In this document: positions 22,161 to 31,318 of the stretch, one piece after another
How positions within the stretch are numbered: position 1 is the stretch's first letter
Layout: every line of letters starts with the position of its first letter
Translations under genes and position numbers: made by a program
The notes under the pieces: model-generated
Seen by the model: only the letters and a program-made list of their open reading frames with translations
Database searches by the model: none
Told to the model about the DNA's origin: nothing
Origin: an uncultured archaeon
GTDB lineage: Archaea > Asgardarchaeota > Hermodarchaeia > Hermodarchaeales > Hermodarchaeaceae
Reading direction: 5' to 3'
Assembly: GCA_964347045.1 (NCBI GenBank)
Contig: CAYFXC010000003.1
Span: 38,701 to 102,700 of the forward strand
Length of the DNA: 64,000 nt

Positions 22161-23489
22161 TTACTTCTTGAGTCCAAGATATCGAATTGTTGAAATTGCA
22201 AAGACTTTGGTGACTTTGAGTAAATCGTCAATGGGCACATATTCGTCAGCTATATGAGCAAAGGTCATATTTCCTGGACCATAGGCCACTGTTGATTCGA
22301 TTCCTGCTTTTCGAAGTAGGCGACCGTCTGTGGCGAATGGTAATAAGAAGTGGACTGATGGCCCAGCTATCTCGTTTGAAGCATTAAATACCGTAGTCAC
22401 GAACTTGTTGTGTTCAAAGTTGCGAATTGAGTTACCTGTAAAGGACTCAATGATTTCTATTTTACAGATTTCCGACATACCTAGCTGCTCAGCATGAGCC
22501 TGAATGAAGTCAATCATCTCATGAGGTTGTTGACCGGGTAAAATTCGAAAATCAATTTGTGTCTCACAGCGATCTGGTACAACGTTTGCGGCGACTCCTC
22601 CTGTTATTGTTCCAATGTTCATGGTGGTCGTTGTGAGTCCTTCTATTCCCGCTGAAATCGGATTGGGTTCATCTCCTTGGTGGATAAACGAGTTCATTAG
22701 TTGCGGGTCAATATTAAGGCTGGCAGCGAGTTGGTTTATAATAGCCTCGCGAGTAATAGGTGGAGGTATCGTTGGAGGCTTATCATCTAGAAGAGCTTGA
22801 AGCAGTTTTAGCATCATCGAGATGGCATTCTTTCCTGCCCCTGGAATACTGCCATGTGCCTTCTCCCCCTTTGTGGTTACTTTCACCCAAATTGGTCCCT
22901 TCTCACCGATGTTCACTGCGAATCCAAGTTGTCCAATACCTGACGGTTCAGCAACTATTGCTGCATCTGCGTTAATTTTCTCCCAGATATTGTCAATGCA
23001 CCACATTGTTCCCAGCTTGCCTTGCCGTTCCTCATCTCCCACAGCATTGAGGATGAGTGTACCCATCAAGGGGACTTCAAGATCATACAAGGCGCTGATT
23101 GCTATTGCCTGGCAAGCGATCCCTCCTTTCATATCTACTGCACCCCGCCCATAGATTCGATCATCACGAATTCTTGCCGCAAAGGGATCCACCGTCCAAT
23201 CCTCTCCAGGTGGTACAACGTCCACATGACCATTGAACAGAATCCGTTTCCCCTTATTCACTTCCCATGTCGCTACTAGATTCTCGATATTTGGGTGCGA
23301 TTCAAAATACTCGGTTTGGATTCCGCGCGTTGCCAGTGTTTTACCCACACAATACGCAACTTCTGCTTCGCCTCTTGTTTTCCGGTCCCAACTGGGTATC
23401 TTAATCAGATCCTGGCATAATTTCACTAGTTCATCTCGAAGCTTATCTATGTGGTTAAGCACTTTTTCTTCCCATTCATTTACCGTCAT
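22161..23489 (-). CDS. M20 family metallo-hydrolase (ArgE/DapE-like)
   Basis: NGHVDVVP, GRGAVDMKG, DEE, EPS, AHGS, AHIADE; ATG 23489 preferred as start. Confidence 0.9.
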   Translation of the reverse strand: MTVNEWEEKVLNHIDKLRDELVKLCQDLIKIPSWDRKTRGEAEVAYCVGKTLATRGIQTEYFESHPNIENLVATWEVNKGKRILFNGHVDVVPPGEDWTVDPFAARIRDDRIYGRGAVDMKGGIACQAIAISALYDLEVPLMGTLILNAVGDEERQGKLGTMWCIDNIWEKINADAAIVAEPSGIGQLGFAVNIGEKGPIWVKVTTKGEKAHGSIPGAGKNAISMMLKLLQALLDDKPPTIPPPITREAIINQLAASLNIDPQLMNSFIHQGDEPNPISAGIEGLTTTTMNIGTITGGVAANVVPDRCETQIDFRILPGQQPHEMIDFIQAHAEQLGMSEICKIEIIESFTGNSIRNFEHNKFVTTVFNASNEIAGPSVHFLLPFATDGRLLRKAGIESTVAYGPGNMTFAHIADEYVPIDDLLKVTKVFAISTIRYLGLKK

Positions 23490-23610
23490 AGCCTTTACAA
23501 AGCGACCATATCCAGATAGGTAATGAAAAACCTTGAGGGTGTTCGACGCTTCAACCAAACATCTTATACTGGTCAAGGTTCCTCATTCTCTTAACAGGAG
23601 ATTTCTCTCT

Positions 23611-24594
23611 ATGGATCAGGGAGTAAATGTCGAAGAACGATTATGCGGCATCTCAGAGAAGGCCCAATTTGCCATGCTCTTAGACATACTTACACCCAAA
23701 CCTGGAAACGTTCATCGCTACAGGGATCATCCTGATACTCGGTTTATCCATTTTGCTGCCAGCATCACCCGATTGGGACACCCTTTACTCCAAACAGCCC
23801 AGTGGGGGTACCAATTCAGTATTAAAAATCATGAATCATCAAGAATTGGGGAACTAATTAAACTCGCTGTTCAAGCTTCAATGGAACCCCATGGAAAAAA
23901 CACGCTACTTGGAACCATTCTCCTTTTTGTTCCTCTCGCGGCTGCAGCGGGTCATGAAATTACCCGACCCCGCCAATCGAAAATGACGCTTCACCAAAGT
24001 GTAGCCCGCATTCTAAATAATACAGGTGTCGAAGATGCCATAGAACTGGTTCGGGCATTACAGATAGCTAGTCCTGGAGGCGCTATTCCTAAATCAGCTG
24101 AATGGACCGATAAGCCCCAAGCCTTTGATTTTCAATCACCGCATACAATTGAATTAATTCGACGAGAAAAGTATACCCTTTGTGATTTACAGGCGTTAGC
24201 CGCTGATTACGATTCCATTGCGCTAGAATATACAACAAATTTCGCATATACCTTTGACAAGCTTTATCCAGAAGTGGCAAAGGCTCTAAACCGCCATTCA
24301 CGTACCGAGGACGCTGTTCTTGCATCTTATTTATGGGCCTTGGGTGACCGACCAGACTCATTCATTCAGCGAAAGAATGGTTCTCAAATTGCGAAAGATG
24401 TAATGCAACGGGCTCAGAAAGTCTATACCCGCATTATGAAAATGCCAGAGACCGGATGGTTAAAACAGATAACACCCTTCGATGACTACTTACGTTCAGA
24501 AGCTTCCCAGCTAAATCCAGGAACCACTGCAGATCTACTCTCAGCAGCACTTTTTCTTGCATTACTTCTTGGTAATATAAAGTCCATACTCTGA
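23611..24594 (+). CDS. citG: CitG-like triphosphoribosyl-dephospho-CoA synthase family protein (archaeal type)
   Basis: PKPGNVHR, NTLLG.ILL..PL, D..I.RK, LNPGTTADL. Confidence 0.85.
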   Translation: MDQGVNVEERLCGISEKAQFAMLLDILTPKPGNVHRYRDHPDTRFIHFAASITRLGHPLLQTAQWGYQFSIKNHESSRIGELIKLAVQASMEPHGKNTLLGTILLFVPLAAAAGHEITRPRQSKMTLHQSVARILNNTGVEDAIELVRALQIASPGGAIPKSAEWTDKPQAFDFQSPHTIELIRREKYTLCDLQALAADYDSIALEYTTNFAYTFDKLYPEVAKALNRHSRTEDAVLASYLWALGDRPDSFIQRKNGSQIAKDVMQRAQKVYTRIMKMPETGWLKQITPFDDYLRSEASQLNPGTTADLLSAALFLALLLGNIKSIL

Positions 24595-24603
24595 TGAATT
24601 CGA

Positions 24604-26094
24604 TTACGGTTCCCACTTGAAAGGATGCTTGGCATACTCTTTATCACTGAGCAATTCATCGATGCTTGGTCGTCCTTCAATGGCTCGGCGTATAGCGTGA
24701 CGCATCGCTTTGTAGTTGTTGATGAGAATCCGTTTTCGGTCAACGGCCGTGGGGTGAACAAACACCGTTGCCACAATTACCAGTGTTTCTACAGCTGATT
24801 TGGGTATGAATCCTTCTTCAACTGAATCCATTACAGCTTTAGCGCATCCTGTTTGAGCTGGGCCTCCAAAAAGACTTGCTTGGTGCATGCTTCGATTAGC
24901 AACAGTAGGAACAAGCAAGGTTTCGGGTTTCACCATTAAATTAGGTTCTAAAATCGCAAGAAGGGGTTCCATTCGTTCTTTTGGTGCCGCTTTAGCCTGA
25001 GCAAACGCGTATCCAACCGGGCCATCCTTGCGGCCAATCATTAGATCAATATGGGCCACCTCAGCTCCAGTCCCTGCTAGTCCTTCACCAACCTTAAGAG
25101 AGAAGTCTTTCACTTGGTCTGGAGTAAATCCAAATGCACCAAATCGCGCTTCTAAGGGCTGTTTCGGTTCGACTTCAATAGTTACCTCTTTGGGTTTGAT
25201 TTTTCCCAGTTTTTCCAGTTCTATGCGAATTTCTTCACGGTTTTCATAAGAAAGAACACCACCGAATGTCAATGGGAGCCGTGGTTTTCCAACGGGAACT
25301 CCCATCATTTTCAATCCGGCTTTTGCACCTGCTGCGCCCGAAGCGACAATTAGGCGAGTAAGTTTCTGCAACTTCAGCTGTAAAGCTCTGGCATCGGCGA
25401 AGTTGTTACTTTGAACTTTTTTGAGCATATCGACCCAAATGTCGCCAATGAGTTGTGCGCTTGCAAGAATAGCTCCAGAACATCCTGATGCGAGTGCAGG
25501 AAATACCACTTCATCATGTCCTACTAAAACGTTGATTTTCGAGCCTACTTTTTCTAAGATTGCTAGGATGAGCTTAAGTTGTCCGCTTGAATCTTTAATG
25601 CCCACGATATTATCAAGGTCTGCCAAGTCCTCAACGATTTGCCATGGCATATCTAGTCCAGTACATTGGGGGATGTTGTAGAGGAGAATGGGTAATCCAA
25701 CATCATTGACGAGGCGGTAATGCTCATATAAACCTCGAAGCGTTGGACGCAAATAATACGGGGTGACAACAAGACAGGCGTCTGCCCCCGCTTTTTGCGC
25801 AGACTCAACGAGGTCAATGGTTGTTTTGGTGTTACTTGCGCCTGCCCCTGCGATTACTGGGACTTTACCTGCCGCTTCATCAACAGCGAGTTCGATGAGC
25901 AGTTTATGTTCTGCAATTGTCAAGCTTGTGAATTCACCAGTTGTGCCTGCTGGGACTAGACCAGTGACCCCAAGGTCATCGATACAATGGCGAATGAGCC
26001 GACGGAAGACCGTTTTATCTACTTGGGATCCGTCCTTTGTAAACGGCGTAACGAGTGCAGGATTTATGCCACCTGGTTTAAACCCCATTTCCAA
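24604..26094 (-). CDS. Fusion of a DapA/NAL-family class I aldolase and a formaldehyde-activating enzyme (Fae) domain
   Basis: N-terminal GTTGE, TPYY, YNIP, GIKDSSG; C-terminal VGEGL...EVAHIDLMIG..DGPVG.AF, PNLMVKP, GPAQ...AKAV.DSVEEG.IP, VFVHP, NNYKA, HPF. Confidence 0.9.
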   Translation of the reverse strand: MEMGFKPGGINPALVTPFTKDGSQVDKTVFRRLIRHCIDDLGVTGLVPAGTTGEFTSLTIAEHKLLIELAVDEAAGKVPVIAGAGASNTKTTIDLVESAQKAGADACLVVTPYYLRPTLRGLYEHYRLVNDVGLPILLYNIPQCTGLDMPWQIVEDLADLDNIVGIKDSSGQLKLILAILEKVGSKINVLVGHDEVVFPALASGCSGAILASAQLIGDIWVDMLKKVQSNNFADARALQLKLQKLTRLIVASGAAGAKAGLKMMGVPVGKPRLPLTFGGVLSYENREEIRIELEKLGKIKPKEVTIEVEPKQPLEARFGAFGFTPDQVKDFSLKVGEGLAGTGAEVAHIDLMIGRKDGPVGYAFAQAKAAPKERMEPLLAILEPNLMVKPETLLVPTVANRSMHQASLFGGPAQTGCAKAVMDSVEEGFIPKSAVETLVIVATVFVHPTAVDRKRILINNYKAMRHAIRRAIEGRPSIDELLSDKEYAKHPFKWEP

Positions 26095-26111
26095 ACTCTC
26101 CTCTAGATTTG

Positions 26112-27059
26112 TTAGGGCTGAGGGATGGCTAGGTCTTTGGCTCCAATTTTGGACAGTTTCGCTTCTGGATAATTATCTTGAATAATGTTCCGTACAATTT
26201 CAGCCCATTTGACCTTTTCACGGGCTAGAAAGCTAAGTCCCTCAATAGAAGACCAGGGTGTATATAATGCCATACTTGGTCCCGGCTCAAACTTATAGTA
26301 AACTGGTTGGACGCACCGCGTGATTTCTGGAGCTTCATAGAAACGATTGAAGCCACCGAAACTTGGCATCAACATTATGTGGATGTCGATGGGGAAATCT
26401 GTTGCTTGGCGAATAGCAGCTAGCTGTGGTATCGTCATGTCAGCAACAGGATTGAAACTTCCTGCACCTAGTTCTTGAAGTAATTTGCCTCCCGCCGGTG
26501 ATGCATGACCTGCAAATATACTGACCTTGAATGTGATATCCTTAGGGATTTCCCCAATTTCCTTGAGTTTGTTTAGAGCCCATAGAAGTCCTTCATCAAT
26601 GACTAAAAACCCTCGAAAACCTAACTCAATACCGCGTTTGATATCTGTGATTACTTCCACTAGTTTATCGGCACCTCGAAATCGCATTCCTGAGAGTATA
26701 CCATCTGGGGTTGCGACTTGACGACCTATGTCCCAGCTTGTTCGGGGACCGGGAGTTAAGATAACTTCCATTTTTGCGTCATGGGCTAGTTGAGCAAATT
26801 TCCTAAGTTCTTTGTCATCGAGCAGGGTCGCTCCCATAACTACACTAATAAGGCGGTGGACGGCGACATCTCGCTTCTCCGACTCCTCTATCAGTGCTTC
26901 TAAGACCTCAGGGCGTTCTACACCAGAGATTTCAATACGATAGCCGGCTCCATCTGGAAACCGCTTCTCGCTTGTTGGTAAATCAAAAGCATCTTGTCCA
27001 GGTAACCCAATTTTCTCAAGGGCTTTCCGGACCTTTTCATAAGATTTCAGGCTCACCAT
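26112..27059 (-). CDS. Conserved TIM-barrel protein, U32-peptidase-like
   Basis: Clean 315-aa ORF 17 nt upstream of the aldolase-Fae gene; GFRGFLVIDEGLLW and LGAGSFNP segments resemble the U32-like family. Confidence 0.6.
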   Translation of the reverse strand: MVSLKSYEKVRKALEKIGLPGQDAFDLPTSEKRFPDGAGYRIEISGVERPEVLEALIEESEKRDVAVHRLISVVMGATLLDDKELRKFAQLAHDAKMEVILTPGPRTSWDIGRQVATPDGILSGMRFRGADKLVEVITDIKRGIELGFRGFLVIDEGLLWALNKLKEIGEIPKDITFKVSIFAGHASPAGGKLLQELGAGSFNPVADMTIPQLAAIRQATDFPIDIHIMLMPSFGGFNRFYEAPEITRCVQPVYYKFEPGPSMALYTPWSSIEGLSFLAREKVKWAEIVRNIIQDNYPEAKLSKIGAKDLAIPQP

Positions 27060-27163
27060 GAAGGTTCCCTCGGATAGGTGGGTTTTGTTTGTTGCTGTTT
27101 AAAAAAGGTTGCACATGTTGCGTTATGGGAGGTTTTTTCAAGTGCTGGTGAGAAAGCATACCC

Positions 27164-27253
27164 GGCTCCATCTTCATGGCTATCTTAAACCCACCGAGGC
27201 CTCCGTACTGGAGTTGCGAGGAAAGTGGGTTCAGTCTAGATGGAGCCACACCT
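27164..27253 (+). ncRNA. Putative archaeal H/ACA pseudouridylation guide RNA targeting LSU rRNA helix 69
   Basis: Perfect 10-bp lower stem (27164-27173/27238-27247) followed immediately by ACA; upper stem ACCCAC/GTGGGT; K-turn-like CCGA/GCGAGGA; pocket strand TGGCTATCTTAA is complementary to the conserved rRNA sequence UUAAGGUAGCCA; TATA TTTAAAAA at 27098-27105. Confidence 0.75.
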
Positions 27254-27270
27254 TCCCCCTTTAGCTGACT

Positions 27271-28425
27271 TTGTCTGAGTTGAGACTCTTGGAGATTGAT
27301 GATCTGATCACATCAGCATTGCTCATCGACAAAGACATCCTTCTTCGAAATATCCAAACAATGGCGGAAAAATCCCGCGGCAACGATATTCCCCTTCGTC
27401 CTCATGTTAAAACTCACCAATGCCTTGAAATCGCCAACCTCCAAACCGGGTATGGCGCAAAAGGGCTAACTGTTTCTACCATTGGAGAAACATCAGTTTT
27501 CGTTATCCATGGATTCTCCGATGTAACTTTAGCCTATCCCATTATACCGGACAAATTCCCCTCACTAGTGAAATTAACTCAAAAAGCACATGTGAATGTA
27601 TTAGTTGACAGTCCAACTATCATCACGATGCTGGATGCATGTTGCATCGGGGCTGATATACACCTGAATGTATTAGTCAAAATCGATTACGGCCATCATC
27701 GATGTAGTGTTGAACCTTCAAAGACGGAAGCACTCACTATGGCTGGGCAAATAGCTTCTGCTTCTCATCTAGCCTTTGGAGGAATTTTAACTCACGCTGG
27801 ACACGCATACACAGCTAAGTCTAAGGATGAAATTAGGAATATTGCTGACACCGAACAAAATGTGATAATCGAATTTTCTGAAAAACTTCAAAGCAATGGA
27901 CTAACACTTGAAACAGTATCTATTGGGTCAACACCTACTGCCATGGCAGCACCAAAATTCAAAAAGGAGATAACTGAGATTCGTCCCGGAAACTATGTCT
28001 TTGACAATAGTCAAATCTCATTAGACTCTTGTCATCATACTGACTGTGCACTTTCTGTACTAACCAATGTGGTAGGTGTTCAGGACTCACATATGGTTGT
28101 AGATGCAGGTGCTACAACGTTATCTAAAGACACTGGCACGACCCAAACGCTGTCAAGCTGGGGTTATGGGGTAGTTCTACATCCCAATGAAACAACCAGT
28201 TCTGCTGATGTAAAGATTGTTAATCTATCACACGAATATGGCAAGATCGCGTTCACAAAACCTTCTCCCCCTCGTCCCTTTTCGCCCGGAGATCACCTAA
28301 GAATAATTCCAAATCATTCCTGTCACCCTACTAACCTATATGATCAATACAATGTCGTTGATGACAACCGAGTCATTGCCACCTGGCCCATCTACCGCAC
28401 TCGTCTTAGCTCTAAACTAGTTTAA
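27271..28425 (+). CDS. PLP fold-type III enzyme, D-threonine aldolase/D-serine dehydratase (DSD1) family
   Basis: RPHVKTH, THAGHAY, SIGSTPT, EIRPGNYVF, VDAG, IIPNHSC. Confidence 0.85.
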   Translation: MSELRLLEIDDLITSALLIDKDILLRNIQTMAEKSRGNDIPLRPHVKTHQCLEIANLQTGYGAKGLTVSTIGETSVFVIHGFSDVTLAYPIIPDKFPSLVKLTQKAHVNVLVDSPTIITMLDACCIGADIHLNVLVKIDYGHHRCSVEPSKTEALTMAGQIASASHLAFGGILTHAGHAYTAKSKDEIRNIADTEQNVIIEFSEKLQSNGLTLETVSIGSTPTAMAAPKFKKEITEIRPGNYVFDNSQISLDSCHHTDCALSVLTNVVGVQDSHMVVDAGATTLSKDTGTTQTLSSWGYGVVLHPNETTSSADVKIVNLSHEYGKIAFTKPSPPRPFSPGDHLRIIPNHSCHPTNLYDQYNVVDDNRVIATWPIYRTRLSSKLV

Positions 28426-28451
28426 AGCCAATCAACGGAAGCGTTAAAGAA

Positions 28452-29393
28452 ATGAATCAGACGTATACCATTCCACCTGATTTCCAGAAACGTTTCCAAA
28501 CGCTCCTTGGCCGTGAATTTCCAAAATTTATTGAGAATATTTCTCAGCCTCTTGTAAACTTTGTCCGCATCAATACTCTCAAAATCGACCTTAAATCAGG
28601 AATTGATCAGCTAAAACGCCTTGGAATAGCTGTCTCTCCTCTTCCCTGGTATCCTGCTGGCTTTCGAGTTTCTGGCGCTCATGACCTACTCCCCTTCACA
28701 AAAGAATACTCCTTTGGGTGGTATTACATCCAAGAAGGAGGAAGTATGCTCCCTCCTGTCGTTTTAAACCCCCAACCACAACATGTAGTCCTCGATTTAT
28801 GCGCCGCACCCGGTTCCAAAACAACTCAAATGGCACAAATGATGAACAACGAAGGAGCTATTGTAGCAAATGATCGATCATTTCGCCGGCTCACAAGTTT
28901 TGGGCACAACATCCAAGTTTGCGGTGTCATTAACACCATTACGTTATGTCAAGATGGCCGCCGTCTCTCAACCCGACTTCCCCTTCACTTTGATCGGATT
29001 TTAGTTGATGCACCGTGTACTGCTTCAGGACTTCTTCGCAGCAAGCTTCCAACCTTTGAGTTTCCAGATCTCCAACGTATCCTTGGTATTCAAACAGTGC
29101 AGAAAGGGCTTCTTACATCAGCCTTTCGTCTGCTTAAACCTGGAGGATTACTTGTCTATTCAACGTGCAGTCTACACCCTGAAGAAAACGAAGCGGTTAT
29201 CGATCATCTTCTTCGCAGCGTACCTACTGCAGTAATCGAACCTCCAAGACTCGTTGGTCTTCAAAGTCATCCTGGTATTATTCAATGGAATGATGCTCAT
29301 TACCAAAATGTCATCAAAAAGTGTCTGCGAGTTTATCCTCATGATAATGATACGGATGGCTTCTTTATCGCTCTTATTAGGAAGAAACCCTAA
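28452..29393 (+). CDS. NOL1/NOP2/Sun family RNA m5C methyltransferase
   Basis: DLCAAPGSKT, DAPCT, YSTCS, EENEAV, DGFF. Confidence 0.93.
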   Translation: MNQTYTIPPDFQKRFQTLLGREFPKFIENISQPLVNFVRINTLKIDLKSGIDQLKRLGIAVSPLPWYPAGFRVSGAHDLLPFTKEYSFGWYYIQEGGSMLPPVVLNPQPQHVVLDLCAAPGSKTTQMAQMMNNEGAIVANDRSFRRLTSFGHNIQVCGVINTITLCQDGRRLSTRLPLHFDRILVDAPCTASGLLRSKLPTFEFPDLQRILGIQTVQKGLLTSAFRLLKPGGLLVYSTCSLHPEENEAVIDHLLRSVPTAVIEPPRLVGLQSHPGIIQWNDAHYQNVIKKCLRVYPHDNDTDGFFIALIRKKP

Positions 29394-29854
29394 TGTCCCA
29401 AACCAAATCATTAACAGTTGACCTCGAAAGGGAAGCGCATGTATGGCACCTTCTCTTTACTCAGTTTGGAATTCCCAAACTTGTTGGTTACAGGCTTTTA
29501 AAATCTGGACGAAAACGCATTCGACTTATCAGTACCGCTGCCTTCAACCTTCTATCCGAACTACCATATACTGGATCAACTGGACTTTATATTGGCGAAT
29601 ACTCACCGAACGCTTTTCGGTTGTCAATGGACGGAGCCCATCTTCTTGGCCCTCATGCTGTGAAGCAAAGAGTCGAGTTAAATGATGAGCAAGCAGAAGC
29701 TTGGCTTCAAGGGGAATCGATTAATTATGAAGACAAACAAAGAGGATATGTAATCGTTGTCCACAATAACACCATCCTAGGCTGTGGAAGCCTCTCTCAG
29801 GGTACACTCCGTAGCTTTATACCCAAGATTCGACGACCTAAACACAAACGCTAA
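29393..29854 (+). CDS. PUA-like partner of the m5C methyltransferase (NIP7/RsmF C-terminal-like)
   Basis: GLYIG...FRLSMDGA.LLG, WLQGE, GYVIV....LGCG, FIPK.RR; overlaps the upstream stop by one base. Confidence 0.75.
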   Translation: MSQTKSLTVDLEREAHVWHLLFTQFGIPKLVGYRLLKSGRKRIRLISTAAFNLLSELPYTGSTGLYIGEYSPNAFRLSMDGAHLLGPHAVKQRVELNDEQAEAWLQGESINYEDKQRGYVIVVHNNTILGCGSLSQGTLRSFIPKIRRPKHKR

Positions 29855-29873
29855 CATCCTGGTGGAGAACAAA

Positions 29874-31247
29874 GTGTCTGTGACCATTACCATTTATGGA
29901 GGCGCAGGAGAAATCGGCGCCAATAAGATCCTAATCGAAGATCAAGGGCATGATGTGAAGTTCTTTCTTGATTTTGGAAAATCCTTTGAAACAATGCGCG
30001 AGTTCTATGATTTTCCTGTTTCCCCTCGTTCCCTTGAAGAATTAATACAAGTTGGTGCAACTCCCGACATTCCCAATTTATATTATCAGCCTTCCGAAAA
30101 CGATTACCCCTCCACCGACATCGATGCGGTAATTTTATCCCATGCACATACGGATCACAGTGGATATCTTCCTCTACTTAATCGGAGCATTCCTATCTAC
30201 ATGGGCGAATGTACACGTATCATCTTTGAAGCCCGATTAGAAGGAGCACGAAAAGCTTTCGACACTGATATCGAAGGACAAACAATATCGACTTTTCAAA
30301 CTGGAGCGCGTATTAAGATTGGAGACGTGGAAGTTCAACCAGTACATGTGGACCACAGTATTCCTGCAGCCTATGGGTTTATCATCCATTGTTCCGAAGC
30401 TACCCTTGTATACACAGGTGACTTTAGACGTCATGGAACGCTTCCTCAACTAACTGAGAATTTTGTACAAGCTATTCAGACTACAGGACCTCCAGATGTT
30501 GTTCTTAGTGAGGGTACAAATATGGCCAAGGCTGAACTAGCGACTGAACAGGAAGTCCTCCAAAAAGCGTCTACAATCATTGGTGGGTGTAAAGGTCTAA
30601 CAATCGCAGATTTCTCTGAACCCGATTTTGATCGCTTTCGAACCATGCAATCCGCCGCTGAAGCAAACGATCGTGAACTGGTGGTTGAGCCGCGAAGATT
30701 CTGGATACTTCACGCGATTAATCAATGCCGAGGCCTCAAAAAACCAAGCATTGCACGAAAAACGGCAATCCGCTGGTTTGATGGTGAGAAAAAACGGGTA
30801 TCTAAATACGAAAAATTGCTCCAAGAGGCTGATCCTCCCATTAAAGACTTTACTGATCGCGGTGTCACAGCGAAGGCGCTTCATAAACATCCTACACGGT
30901 ATGTATTCTGCAGCAGCTTTGGTAGCATTAGTACCATCCAGAAAATCAAACCACCTGAATCTGGTATATATCTTCTCAGTGCTTCAGAGCCCTTTAATGA
31001 AGAAAGTGAAATTAGTTTTGATAAGCTTCTCAATTGGCTCGCTTTATCTGGACTTGCAATGTATTCTGCCCATTGCTCAGGACATATTCATCCACTGCAA
31101 CTCTGTCAGACACTTGAAGAAATGCAACCCAAACAAGTGGTGCCCATTCATACCGAATCGCCTCAACTCTTTCAGAAGTTCATGAAATCCACCGGAATTC
31201 CTATTCAAATTCCTAAAAAGGCTATTCCCTTGAAATTCTCTTCCTGA
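29874..31247 (+). CDS. MBL-fold/beta-CASP ribonuclease (RNase J-like)
   Basis: GGAGEIGAN, HAHTDH, DHSIP, YTGDFR, SEGTN, HCSGH, PIHTE. Confidence 0.88.
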   Translation: MSVTITIYGGAGEIGANKILIEDQGHDVKFFLDFGKSFETMREFYDFPVSPRSLEELIQVGATPDIPNLYYQPSENDYPSTDIDAVILSHAHTDHSGYLPLLNRSIPIYMGECTRIIFEARLEGARKAFDTDIEGQTISTFQTGARIKIGDVEVQPVHVDHSIPAAYGFIIHCSEATLVYTGDFRRHGTLPQLTENFVQAIQTTGPPDVVLSEGTNMAKAELATEQEVLQKASTIIGGCKGLTIADFSEPDFDRFRTMQSAAEANDRELVVEPRRFWILHAINQCRGLKKPSIARKTAIRWFDGEKKRVSKYEKLLQEADPPIKDFTDRGVTAKALHKHPTRYVFCSSFGSISTIQKIKPPESGIYLLSASEPFNEESEISFDKLLNWLALSGLAMYSAHCSGHIHPLQLCQTLEEMQPKQVVPIHTESPQLFQKFMKSTGIPIQIPKKAIPLKFSS

Positions 31248-31318
31248 AACCAATTTTGAACAGATTTCTCTTATACCCGAAATAGATTTTAGCAGGTTCA
31301 CAGGAACCGTGCTTTATT

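Noticed and set aside
27164-27250. tRNA-Sec, 5S rRNA, riboswitch or HDV-like ribozyme interpretation of the structured intergenic RNA
   Set aside because: No anticodon arm or T-loop and no family consensus; the H/ACA model explains stem, ACA, spacing and rRNA complementarity together
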